In this document: piece after piece, positions 1 through 8,644 of the stretch
How the letters are laid out: every line of letters begins with the position of its first letter
Numbering within the stretch: position 1 is the stretch's first letter
Source: an uncultured Bacteroidaceae bacterium
Lineage (GTDB): Bacteria > Bacteroidota > Bacteroidia > Bacteroidales > GCA-2748055
Assembly (NCBI GenBank): GCA_964538375.1
Contig: CAZIFQ010000002.1
Coordinates: 3,434-67,433, forward strand
DNA length: 64,000 bases
Direction: 5' to 3'
Translations under genes and position numbers: made by a program
Notes under the pieces: model-generated
The model's input: only the letters and a program-made list of their open reading frames with translations
The model's database searches: none
What the model was told of the DNA's origin: nothing

Positions 1-1691
1 CACAGGGAGCCGAAGCGGAAACAACCGCTCTCAGCAGGTCACTCGGCGTAGCCAAGCCCCTGGCAAACCTCCTTGTACAAAGGGGTATACGGACTTTTGA
101 TGATGCAAAATCCTTTTTTCGTCCCGACCTGAATGATCTTCACGATCCCTTCTTAATGAAGGATATGGACCTGGCAGTTGAACGCATTGAAGCGGCCAAA
201 ACTAACAATGAAAAGGTACTCGTTTACGGCGACTACGACGTGGACGGAACCACGGCCGTTTCCCTGATATATTCCTTTCTGAAAGATCATTTTGCTGAGA
301 TTGATTATTACATTCCTAACAGGTATTCAGAAGGTTATGGGGTGTCAAAAGAAGGTATCGATTATGCAGCTAAAAATGGTTTTAGTCTTGTCATTGCTCT
401 CGATTGTGGAATCAAAGCAGTAGACAGGGTTGCCTATGCAAAATCGCTGGGAGTAGACTTCATTATCTGTGATCATCACAATCCCGGAGACTCATTGCCA
501 GGTGCAAGTGCAGTACTGGATTCAAAGCGTGCAGATTGCTCTTATCCCTTTAATGAACTGTCCGGTTGCGGTGTTGGGTTCAAACTGATACAGGCCATGG
601 CTCAAAAATTAGATCTTGGCTTTGAAGCAGTAAGACCTTTCCTTGACCTGGTTGTGTTAAGTATTGCCTCAGATATTGTTCCAATTACGGGAGAAAACCG
701 GATACTCGCATACTACGGATTGCAGCAATTGAATAAAGCTCCAAGAACAGGACTGAAGGCCATCATCAATATCTGCGGTATAAGTCAGAAAGAAATTACG
801 ATTGAAGATATCGTTTTCAAATTGGGACCACGCATCAATGCAGCCGGAAGAATGGAGTCAGGAAAAATGGCGGTTGACCTGTTAACCAGCCAGGAGGATG
901 CCGAGGCCCTGGAGTCCAGTAAAAACATCAATATTATCAATACCGAACGCCGCGATGTGGATACATCCATCACGAAGCAGGCCATTGATATGATAAAGAC
1001 AGATAAATCACTTCAGGATAAAAAGGCAACGATCCTTTATAACCCGGATTGGCACAAGGGAGTGATTGGTATTGTGGCCTCTCGTCTGCTTGAAACATAC
1101 TATCGTCCAACTATTATTCTGACAAAATCAAACGGATTCGCAACTGGCTCAGCCAGGTCGGTAAATGGATTTGATCTCTACCAGGCCGTTGATGCTTGCA
1201 GCGATCTGCTGGAGAATTTTGGGGGTCATAAATATGCGGCTGGACTTACCATGAAGGTGAGTAACATCAAAGAGTTTACCCAGCGTTTTTACGCCTACGT
1301 TGAAGAGAATATCCACCCCGATCAGTTAGTGCCGGTGGTGGAGATCGATACAGAGATCCAACTACAGGATATTGATGATAAATTTGTGCGAGTATTGCAA
1401 CAGTTCCAACCCTTCGGACCAGAAAATATGGCTCCGGTATTTCTCACTGAAAATGTGGGTGATAACGGATACGGTAAAAAAGTTGGTGGTGGGGGCGAGC
1501 ACCTGAAGCTTAACCTTGTGCAGGAGTTAAATCCATATCACGTATTTCCGGCCATCGCATTTCAGCAAGGAAAGAAATTCGAAAAGATGCAGGGTGGCAA
1601 GGGCTTCGACATCTGCTATTCCGTGGAAGAAAATGAATTCAAAGGACACGTTACAACCCAACTCAATATTAGGGATATAAAATTCGATTAA
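1..1691 (+). CDS. recJ: Single-stranded-DNA-specific exonuclease RecJ (5' end cut by window edge)
   Basis: The frame is open from base 3. Residues before the listed Met (LLVQRGIRTFDDAKSFFRPDLNDLHDPF) already read as RecJ N-terminus. DHH-family motifs are present: YGDYDVDGTTA, LDCGI, IICDHH and DHHA1-type FGGHKYAAG. Confidence 0.9.
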   Translation, partial: QGAEAETTALSRSLGVAKPLANLLVQRGIRTFDDAKSFFRPDLNDLHDPFLMKDMDLAVERIEAAKTNNEKVLVYGDYDVDGTTAVSLIYSFLKDHFAEIDYYIPNRYSEGYGVSKEGIDYAAKNGFSLVIALDCGIKAVDRVAYAKSLGVDFIICDHHNPGDSLPGASAVLDSKRADCSYPFNELSGCGVGFKLIQAMAQKLDLGFEAVRPFLDLVVLSIASDIVPITGENRILAYYGLQQLNKAPRTGLKAIINICGISQKEITIEDIVFKLGPRINAAGRMESGKMAVDLLTSQEDAEALESSKNINIINTERRDVDTSITKQAIDMIKTDKSLQDKKATILYNPDWHKGVIGIVASRLLETYYRPTIILTKSNGFATGSARSVNGFDLYQAVDACSDLLENFGGHKYAAGLTMKVSNIKEFTQRFYAYVEENIHPDQLVPVVEIDTEIQLQDIDDKFVRVLQQFQPFGPENMAPVFLTENVGDNGYGKKVGGGGEHLKLNLVQELNPYHVFPAIAFQQGKKFEKMQGGKGFDICYSVEENEFKGHVTTQLNIRDIKFD

Positions 1692-3688
1692 AACGTCAGC
1701 TGTAGCTGAAATTCGATATCGAATACCTGATCGCCATCACGGATTTCTACCCCTGAACCAGTCTCCCATTTATCTGAATAATGAATGTGTCCCAGCCTGC
1801 ATCTGAGGCTTATCCACCTGCTAAATTTGCTGCTGATGACAAGCGTATTTTTTAAACCCGTGCGATAATAGGAGGGAAACAAAAAACTGTATCTCAAGCC
1901 GGGCTCGTAGCAATATATCCGATTATCCCAGGAATCTATATCGAAAAGAAGAATCCTGTATGTCATAGATAACCAGTCGCTAGACTTAACCTTAACCTGT
2001 TGATACATGAGGAATCCATAGTCTTTCTTTCCTGAGACGGCCAACGCTGTTCTTCCTGAAAGTGTAAAATTTTCAGTGACAACATATGAATAATGTAAGC
2101 GCCATTGCTCCCTGGTTTTTATTGTCGTTATTTTTGTTCCCGGTGAATTTCGCAGGGCATCAACTTCCCTGCTTTTGATGCTATACTTTGCAGTGATTTC
2201 CTGACCGCCTTTGAATTTGTAGGTGAATTCTACTTTGCTTCTGTAATTGAAACCCGGAGTAGACAAATAGTAGGAAGCCGCCGGAAAATAACAAACATCA
2301 TTGTCCAGCATAATTTTTGCATTCCTGAAGGGGATGATGAGCAACCCTGTGTTCAGACCAATCTCGTTATTTATTTCTGAGCCCGTTCCATAGGCCCCTG
2401 GAATCTGACTGGTGAAGTCCGGGTTGTAATAGCGAAATGAGGAATACATGGAGAGCGCTGGATTTAACTCAATATTACCGCCTATCAATAGCGCAGGAGT
2501 AAGTTCTTCATTGATGGCATATTCTCCATAAACTTCAAATTTCTCTCCATAAGCAATGGCATATACCGATAGGTTCCCTGAAGTGTTTTTTGCTTTGGTG
2601 ATGAATGGGACTGAATCTCTCAGAACCTTAGTGGTTTTCATTTTAGATCCGGAGGCAGATATTCCATAGTTTACATGGAGATGATTCCTGTTGAGGGATA
2701 TTCCTGCAGCATGTTGCCATGCCAGATCTCTTCCATTTAACTCTGAAGCGGTTCTGTGCAAACCAGTTTCCCGTTTTGCTTCAAGTAAATTGTTAGTTTG
2801 GTTTGAATCCTTCATACCAAACAGGGAAATATCTTCAAGTTTACAAGAGTAGAAGCCGGTGCAACTCCACTTTTTTATTCCAATCTCCGCCAGAACACCC
2901 CTGTAATAATTATACTCCGCAGTGGAGGCCTTTGGTTTGGACCAGGAGGTTCTAAAACCATTCAGCTGCACTCCGTTTCCGTTGCTGTTGAATCCCAATC
3001 CATGTACCAATCCTATTCCGGTGTGAATTCCGAAATTGCCAAGCGTAAGGTTTTTCAGAATCTTCCCTGGTGCATATCTGAAATAGCCAGTGGTATGTTC
3101 CGGTTTTTTGTTTTGAAACATTCTTTCTCCAGCATCCTTTTCATAGGCAACACCTAGCGTGATATTCTTTCCAATTTCGTATTTGAAACGACTACTTATC
3201 TTGAACGGTGATCCGGGAAAAGCAGGTTGTATTGAATCATTGGATAGATAAGCCTTGGATTCAGGAAACTTCTGCTGAATATTCGTTAATACCATTCCCT
3301 TACTGTTCTTGTGTTTTTTATTTGGAGATTCTTCCTCTTCGAAAACTACCAGGTATTGGATGTTCACCAGGAAGCTCTTTTTAAAACCGGGTATAGTTGC
3401 CAGTTCATATATGCTAAAGAAAGGTCCGTAATCCTGGAGGTGTTTAAGAATTCCAAAAACCTGGTATGGAGTGAAAAGTCCACAATCAAGCAGCTTTTGC
3501 TCATTGCACGAATTCAGGTTAACAGGATTTTGGAGAAGCTCCTGAATTGTTTCCTGTAAATCCAGTGTGCCCCGTTCATTATCATTTTCAACCGCTAAGG
3601 AAGTAAGGGTTTCTAATAGCATATCTTCCTGCGCTACTAAAAGGACGGAGCATCCTGCGAAAAGTGATATGAGGAGAAGTTTTCTCAT
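1688..3688 (-). CDS. Signal-peptide protein with helix-hairpin-helix (ComEA-like) segment and long beta-rich region; putative outer-membrane protein
   Basis: 666-aa ORF with signal-like N-terminus MRKLLLISLFAGCSVLLVAQ. It has an HhH-like stretch NEQKLLDCGLFTPYQVFGILKHL...ELATIPGF. The remainder is an alternating beta-strand pattern ending in FQLQLTF. It overlaps the upstream ORF by 4 nt. Confidence 0.55.
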   Translation of the reverse strand: MRKLLLISLFAGCSVLLVAQEDMLLETLTSLAVENDNERGTLDLQETIQELLQNPVNLNSCNEQKLLDCGLFTPYQVFGILKHLQDYGPFFSIYELATIPGFKKSFLVNIQYLVVFEEEESPNKKHKNSKGMVLTNIQQKFPESKAYLSNDSIQPAFPGSPFKISSRFKYEIGKNITLGVAYEKDAGERMFQNKKPEHTTGYFRYAPGKILKNLTLGNFGIHTGIGLVHGLGFNSNGNGVQLNGFRTSWSKPKASTAEYNYYRGVLAEIGIKKWSCTGFYSCKLEDISLFGMKDSNQTNNLLEAKRETGLHRTASELNGRDLAWQHAAGISLNRNHLHVNYGISASGSKMKTTKVLRDSVPFITKAKNTSGNLSVYAIAYGEKFEVYGEYAINEELTPALLIGGNIELNPALSMYSSFRYYNPDFTSQIPGAYGTGSEINNEIGLNTGLLIIPFRNAKIMLDNDVCYFPAASYYLSTPGFNYRSKVEFTYKFKGGQEITAKYSIKSREVDALRNSPGTKITTIKTREQWRLHYSYVVTENFTLSGRTALAVSGKKDYGFLMYQQVKVKSSDWLSMTYRILLFDIDSWDNRIYCYEPGLRYSFLFPSYYRTGLKNTLVISSKFSRWISLRCRLGHIHYSDKWETGSGVEIRDGDQVFDIEFQLQLTF

Positions 3689-4527
3689 TTACCAGCAGGA
3701 TAAGTGACGGTCAGGGCGGGTATGACCCCACACCTGGTGGAGTATGCCATAGCAAAAGCAACGGAAACTGGTGCAAAGACGATTTCTGTTCCAAAGGAGA
3801 GCCACATGGGATTGGAGCGATAGCCCGCACGTAATACCAGCTTATCAACGCATTGGTAATCTGCAGCTATGTGAATTTGTAAACCCGATGCTGAGTGATA
3901 AGATATTTCACTTAGAAGAAAGGAAGATGCATAGATTTCTTTTCGAAGGCCGAAGGTGATGATTGAAGGGAAAATGCTGCCGTAAGCCGGGTAGTTGCTT
4001 ATCGTTACCGGATTGATAATATGTGCTGCCAGAAGAGTTGACTTACTGACTTTAACAACTACTCCACCGGAAAAACCTATGGCCCTTAGATAGCTCAACT
4101 CACCTTGCGAAATAGTATTGTAATACCTGAATCCTACTCCTGCGAGAATTATTTCTGAAAGTTTCAGCCCATAGCCAAGTGAAGAATTTACTTGCTGGTA
4201 TCCAGGAATTCCATACTGCTGTAATTCGATATGCATATTCCCGGGGAAGAGCGGAAATTGCATACTGACTGAGCTTACTCCAAGTTCCTTGATCACAAAT
4301 GGACGAACATGTGAAACCTGGAATATTGTTGAACTCTCGTAACCGAGAATTGCCTCATTGTATATTCCTGCCTGGCCTCCGGCACCGATAGAATAGCACC
4401 CGGCTAGGGCAATACTCGCCGCATCTGTGTTGTACAACTGAGCATAGCACCCCGGAAATAGAGACAAAAAAAAGACCGGGATGATTCCCAGTCTTCTCAA
4501 TGTCCATTGTTTAGATGGACTTTTCAT
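3685..4527 (-). CDS. Putative outer-membrane beta-barrel protein
   Basis: 280-aa ORF with an N-terminal hydrophobic signal (LGIIPVFFLSLFPGCYAQ). Gly/aromatic-rich alternating strands run throughout. It is translationally coupled (4-nt overlap) to the 666-aa ORF. No family was recognised with certainty. Confidence 0.45.
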   Translation of the reverse strand: MKSPSKQWTLRRLGIIPVFFLSLFPGCYAQLYNTDAASIALAGCYSIGAGGQAGIYNEAILGYESSTIFQVSHVRPFVIKELGVSSVSMQFPLFPGNMHIELQQYGIPGYQQVNSSLGYGLKLSEIILAGVGFRYYNTISQGELSYLRAIGFSGGVVVKVSKSTLLAAHIINPVTISNYPAYGSIFPSIITFGLRKEIYASSFLLSEISYHSASGLQIHIAADYQCVDKLVLRAGYRSNPMWLSFGTEIVFAPVSVAFAMAYSTRCGVIPALTVTYPAGK

Positions 4528-4539
4528 ATTGTTTGTATT

Positions 4540-4579
4540 AATGAGTCAATGAGTTAATGAGTCAATGAGTCAATGAGCA
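4540..4579. repeat. Five tandem 8-nt units AATGAGTC (variants AATGAGTT, AATGAGCA)
   Basis: The direct reading is aatgagtc aatgagtt aatgagtc aatgagtc aatgagca. It lies in the 77-nt gap between the purE stop and the ATG (4527) of the downstream minus-strand ORF. Unit junctions create palindromic TGAGTCA heptamers. Confidence 0.7.
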
Positions 4580-4604
4580 ATTGTATTCAATAAATAGATG
4601 CTTT

Positions 4605-5117
4605 TTAGTTCGTTTTAAACTTAAACTTCACTTCTTTCAGCTCCTCATTCGCTTTCACGATCTTTGTTTCCAGTCCTGCTTTATAAGTTTTTACTTTTTC
4701 AAGTATGTCTTCATCACCTGTAGCCAGGATTTGTGCAGCCAGTATTCCTGCATTTTGTGCACCATCGATTCCAACCGTTGCAACTGGTATTCCAGGAGGC
4801 ATTTGTACTATGGAAAGCAGTGAATCCCATCCATCTAATGATATGGATGCCTTGATAGGCACTCCGATTACCGGGATAGGAGTGAGTGCTGCAATTACAC
4901 CAGGTAGATGTGCTGCTCCACCTGCCCCAGCTATTACCACTCGTATTCCACGTCCGTATGCTCCACGTGCAAAGTCCATGGCCTGTTGCGGTGTGCGGTG
5001 TGCAGACAATGCATTGATTTCGAATGGAATTTCAAATTCGTCGAGGATCTTTGCTGCCTTCTCCATGATGGGCAGATCAGATGTGGATCCCATTATAATA
5101 CTTACTCTTGGTGTCAT
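4605..5117 (-). CDS. purE: N5-carboxyaminoimidazole ribonucleotide mutase (class I PurE)
   Basis: 170 aa with SIIMGSTSD and AGGAAHLPG motifs and typical PurE length. Confidence 0.95.
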   Translation of the reverse strand: MTPRVSIIMGSTSDLPIMEKAAKILDEFEIPFEINALSAHRTPQQAMDFARGAYGRGIRVVIAGAGGAAHLPGVIAALTPIPVIGVPIKASISLDGWDSLLSIVQMPPGIPVATVGIDGAQNAGILAAQILATGDEDILEKVKTYKAGLETKIVKANEELKEVKFKFKTN

Positions 5118-5370
5118 AGTGTTTAGCGTTTAAAGTTCAGCGTTCAGCGATCAATAGCTTTAGGCACTCCAAGTACTCAAGGCACTTCTCCTACTTTACC
5201 CCTTAATGTGATGAAAGTATAAATTATCGCACTTTCAAGCGACAAATTTCGGATTTTTTGATGAAAAATATATATCAGCAAGGCAAAAGAGCCAAATATT
5301 TATCAAAAAAAGTTCAAAAATGAAAAATATATATTTTTCTAAACATCAGTAAAACAATTAGATAAAACTC

Positions 5371-5409
5371 ATTAATTACGTAATTAATTACATAATTAAT
5401 TATGTAATT
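5371..5409. promoter_or_regulatory. Two abutting perfect palindromes in the purE/hpt divergent intergenic region (candidate operator)
   Basis: ATTAATTACGTAATTAAT (5371-5388, perfect 18-bp palindrome) overlaps AATTACATAATTAATTATGTAATT (5386-5409, perfect 24-bp palindrome). They lie about 120 bp upstream of the hpt ATG. Confidence 0.35.
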
Positions 5410-5527
5410 CTTTTTATTTTCTTGTTTCAGGATATTAGGCACTGAATACCAGGATCTGGATGCTTGATATTGGGCTCTTTACTTTTTTCCACTTTCACAA
5501 ACAATCCTTATCTTCGCCTAAATTTTC

Positions 5528-6079
5528 ATGCCCATGCCTAAAAATCAAATCAGGGTTATCGACCTGAACTTCGAAACATCCATTCCTGAAGAAGCAATTC
5601 ATGCAAGAGTGAAAGAAATCGGGGAGCAGATAAATAATGATCTTGCAGATAAGAACCCTATCTTCCTGGGAATTCTGAATGGAGCTTTCATGTTCGCCAG
5701 CGACCTCTTCAAGCAGATTACAATTCCCTGCCAGATTACATTTTTAAAATTGGCTTCCTATGAGGGAACCAAGACTACCGGGACAGTGAAACAGTTGATT
5801 GGAATCAACCAGGAATTAAAGGATAGAACAGTTGTAGTACTCGAGGATATTGTTGATACAGGGATAACCCTTGATACCATTGTCCGCCAGCTTAGCGGTT
5901 ACCAGCCAAAAGAGATATTGGTTGCCACTTTGTTGCACAAACCTGAAGCAACAAAAAGAGAGGTTAAACTGGATTATGTAGGATTTGAAATTCCCAATGA
6001 GTTTGTTTTGGGGTACGGACTTGATTATGACGGGTATGGCAGGAACCTTCCAGAAATTTACACCCTGATAAAAGACTAA
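5528..6079 (+). CDS. hpt: Hypoxanthine(-guanine) phosphoribosyltransferase
   Basis: 183 aa with PRPP-binding loop VVVLEDIVDTGITL and C-terminal KLDYVGFEIPNEFVLGYGLDY. Met3 (5534) is an alternative start. Confidence 0.9.
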   Translation: MPMPKNQIRVIDLNFETSIPEEAIHARVKEIGEQINNDLADKNPIFLGILNGAFMFASDLFKQITIPCQITFLKLASYEGTKTTGTVKQLIGINQELKDRTVVVLEDIVDTGITLDTIVRQLSGYQPKEILVATLLHKPEATKREVKLDYVGFEIPNEFVLGYGLDYDGYGRNLPEIYTLIKD

Positions 6080-6094
6080 ATCATAGTGTTTGTA

Positions 6095-6116
6095 GAGACG
6101 CGATTTATCGCGTCTC
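6095..6116 (+). terminator. GC-rich hairpin after hpt (GAGACGCGA-TTTA-TCGCGTCTC)
   Basis: Perfect 9-bp stem with a 4-nt loop, 16 nt after the hpt stop. No clear T-run follows, so intrinsic-terminator function is uncertain. Confidence 0.45.
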
Positions 6117-6287
6117 ATCTATCCCGTTTATATATCTGTTGTTGCATAAGTAATCGCGTTTATTCTTAAAAACATAAGTTAATTTGTTTCTAAAACAGGA
6201 ATAATAAGCAGCTTGTTTGTTATTGAAGGTAAATCTTTTGTACTTTTACATTATTAAAGGATTATAAAAATTTAAACGGCAAATTAT

Positions 6288-6860
6288 ATGTTAAATATCG
6301 TATTGTTCGGACCTCCGGGTTCAGGGAAAGGTACTCAGGCAGAGAAACTTATTGAAAAGTATAATTTAATTCATCTATCAACTGGTGACCTGTTGAGAAG
6401 TGAAGTGGCGGCGCAAACCGATCTGGGTATGCAGGCAAAAGCTATTATGGATAAAGGAGAATTGGTTTCTGATGAGATTGTAACTAAAATGGTTGAAAAG
6501 AAATTGATTGAGCATAAGAGTGCTCCTGGTTTTATTTTCGATGGTTTTCCAAGGACGGTTGAGCAGGCACGTGAATTGAGAAATACATTGGTTGATCATC
6601 GTACAAAAGTTACAATGGTAATTTCTCTTTCCGTTGAACGCGAAGAGTTGATGAAGCGATTAGTGAAGAGAGGTGAAGAAACAGGCAGAAGCGACGATAA
6701 CGAGGAGACCATAAGTAACCGAATTGATGTGTATGGAAGACAGACTATTCCGGTTACATACTATTATGATAAAACACACATTCACCATCCTGTTGATGGA
6801 ATTGGTAAGGTCGATGAGATCTTTAAAAGAATCGTGGATGTAGTAGAGAAAAACAAGTAA
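6288..6860 (+). CDS. adk: Adenylate kinase
   Basis: 190 aa with P-loop GPPGSGKGTQ, LSTGDLLR and DGFPRT. The short lid has no Cys4 zinc motif. Confidence 0.95.
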   Translation: MLNIVLFGPPGSGKGTQAEKLIEKYNLIHLSTGDLLRSEVAAQTDLGMQAKAIMDKGELVSDEIVTKMVEKKLIEHKSAPGFIFDGFPRTVEQARELRNTLVDHRTKVTMVISLSVEREELMKRLVKRGEETGRSDDNEETISNRIDVYGRQTIPVTYYYDKTHIHHPVDGIGKVDEIFKRIVDVVEKNK

Positions 6861-6904
6861 AAAGTAAAAAGGAAAAAGTAGGGCTACTTTTTCCTTTTTA
6901 CTTT
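6861..6904 (+). terminator. Perfect 21-bp-stem hairpin immediately after the adk stop
   Basis: AAAGTAAAAAGGAAAAAGTAG-GG-CTACTTTTTCCTTTTTACTTT. Arms 6861-6881 and 6884-6904 are perfectly complementary, and T-rich sequence follows. Confidence 0.55.
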
Positions 6905-6921
6905 ATCCTTTATCCTTTATC
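6901..6921. repeat. Tandem heptamer CTTTATC x3 just upstream of obg
   Basis: ctttatc ctttatc ctttatc, followed by cttg, ends 8 nt before the obg ATG (6930). The first unit overlaps the 3' arm of the adk hairpin. Confidence 0.6.
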
Positions 6922-6929
6922 CTTGTACC

Positions 6930-7919
6930 ATGAGCAATTCCAATTTTGTTGATTATGTAAAAATATTCGGTCGCTCCGGGAACGGGGGGAGCGGATCTGC
7001 GCATCTTCGTCGGGATAAGCTTACCAGCAAGGGTGGCCCTGATGGTGGTGACGGAGGACGTGGTGGACACCTTATTTTAAAGGGTAATCAACAGTTATGG
7101 ACGCTTCTGCATCTGAAGTATAGAAAACATATTTTTGCTACTAATGGCGAGAGTGGAAGCTTGTCATTAAAAACCGGGGCAGATGGTGATGATGTTATAA
7201 TTGAAGTGCCCCTGGGAACCGTGGCAAGAGATGCAGAAACCCAGGAAATTCTCTTTGAAATTACTGAAAATGACGAAGAAATTATTCTCATGGAAGGTGG
7301 CAGAGGTGGCTTAGGGAATGACCATTTTAAATCTTCTACTTTTCAAACACCTAGATTTGCCCAACCGGGGGAAGATGGTTTAGAGGGATGGGTTATACTT
7401 GAACTAAAGCTATTAGCTGATGTTGGTCTTGTTGGTTTCCCAAATGCAGGTAAATCAACCTTGCTTTCAGTCGTTTCAGCTGCCAAACCTAAAATTGCAG
7501 ACTATGCCTTTACAACCCTCGTTCCGAACCTGGGCATTGTGAAATACAGGGATGACAAATCCTATGTAATGGCTGATATACCTGGTATTATTGAAGGAGC
7601 TAGTGAGGGTAAAGGACTGGGACATAGATTTCTGAGGCACATTGAAAGAAATTCCATGTTGCTCTTTCTTGTCCCGGCCGACAGTGATGATATTAAGAAA
7701 GAATATAATATTCTTGTCAATGAGCTGAAAGAATACAATCCCGAATTGCTGGATAAGGAGCGACTGTTGGCTATCTCAAAATCGGATATGCTGGACGAGG
7801 AACTGATTGAAGAGATCAAACCAGACTTGCCTGATATTCCCTATGTATTTATCTCTTCTGTGGCTCACCAGGGTCTGGTCGAGTTGAATGACCAGGTTTG
7901 GAAACTATTGAATACCTAG
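6930..7919 (+). CDS. obg: GTPase Obg/CgtA
   Basis: Gly-rich Obg-fold N-domain ([26 protein letters not shown]). G1 is [10 protein letters not shown]3 is DIPG and G4 is SKSD. Confidence 0.95.
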   Translation: MSNSNFVDYVKIFGRSGNGGSGSAHLRRDKLTSKGGPDGGDGGRGGHLILKGNQQLWTLLHLKYRKHIFATNGESGSLSLKTGADGDDVIIEVPLGTVARDAETQEILFEITENDEEIILMEGGRGGLGNDHFKSSTFQTPRFAQPGEDGLEGWVILELKLLADVGLVGFPNAGKSTLLSVVSAAKPKIADYAFTTLVPNLGIVKYRDDKSYVMADIPGIIEGASEGKGLGHRFLRHIERNSMLLFLVPADSDDIKKEYNILVNELKEYNPELLDKERLLAISKSDMLDEELIEEIKPDLPDIPYVFISSVAHQGLVELNDQVWKLLNT

Positions 7920-7936
7920 CTAGTTGCTTTGTGCAG

Positions 7937-7962
7937 CTCTGTGTAATAGCTATTGCACAGAG
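7937..7962 (+). terminator. Hairpin after obg (CTCTGTGTAATAGCTATTGCACAGAG)
   Basis: Near-perfect inverted repeat (one T/G position, G-U compatible) 18 nt after the obg stop. It is followed by a further CACAGAG copy (acccacagagtgac). Confidence 0.45.
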
Positions 7963-7991
7963 ACCCACAGAGTGACACCGAGAAGATGTAA

Positions 7992-8639
7992 ATGTTTTTT
8001 TCCTTTCCCCTTTCCCCTTTTCCTTTTACCTTTACATCTATGTTAGAGAATTTGGTAACACTCGACAAAGATCTGTTTTTGTTTCTCAATGGCCTGCATT
8101 CTGAAGCAATGGATCCGGTGATGTGGTGGATTTCCGGGAAGATTACCTGGTGGCCATTTTATCTCCTTTTACTTGGTTTCCTTACCTGGACACGCAAATG
8201 GCAGATGATCCCCCTGCTTATTTTTATTGCCCTGTCTCTTACTGTTACTGATCAAACCTCAGTGCATCTCTTTAAGGAGGTATTTGAACGTTTAAGACCT
8301 TGTCACAATCCAGAATTACAAGGACTTGTACATATAGTGAATAATAAATGTGGTGGGCAATTCGGCTTTGTTTCATCCCACGCTGCCAATAGTTTTGGTA
8401 TTGCTATGCTGCTGGCAATGGTGATAAGAAGAAAATGGTTCTGGGTGCTAATATTTTTCTGGGCTGCACTTGTGAGCTATAGTAGAATCTACCTTGGAGT
8501 GCATTATCCGGTTGATATTTTGGGCGGTGGCATATTGGGAATGGGATGCGGATACTTGATATTTTTACTGTTCAGGTTCCTGGTGAATAAGCTTCCCTCT
8601 CAATGGAAAATGAATTTTGAACCACTCACTGATGCATAA
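7992..8639 (+). CDS. PAP2-family lipid phosphatase (undecaprenyl-diphosphatase/PgpB-like)
   Basis: PAP2 motifs are KEVFERLRP, SSH and SRIYLGVHYPVD, with multiple TM helices. The first 16 codons (MFFSFPLSPFPFTFTS) translate a polypyrimidine tract, so Met17 at 8040 is the more likely start. Confidence 0.8.
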   Translation: MFFSFPLSPFPFTFTSMLENLVTLDKDLFLFLNGLHSEAMDPVMWWISGKITWWPFYLLLLGFLTWTRKWQMIPLLIFIALSLTVTDQTSVHLFKEVFERLRPCHNPELQGLVHIVNNKCGGQFGFVSSHAANSFGIAMLLAMVIRRKWFWVLIFFWAALVSYSRIYLGVHYPVDILGGGILGMGCGYLIFLLFRFLVNKLPSQWKMNFEPLTDA

Positions 8640-8644
8640 GATTA

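Noticed and set aside
4705-5133. 142-aa and 72-aa plus-strand ORFs overlapping purE
   Set aside because: They are antisense to purE. The Ala/Pro/Ile-rich translation is typical of the reverse strand of a Gly/Ala-rich gene, and no independent signals are present.
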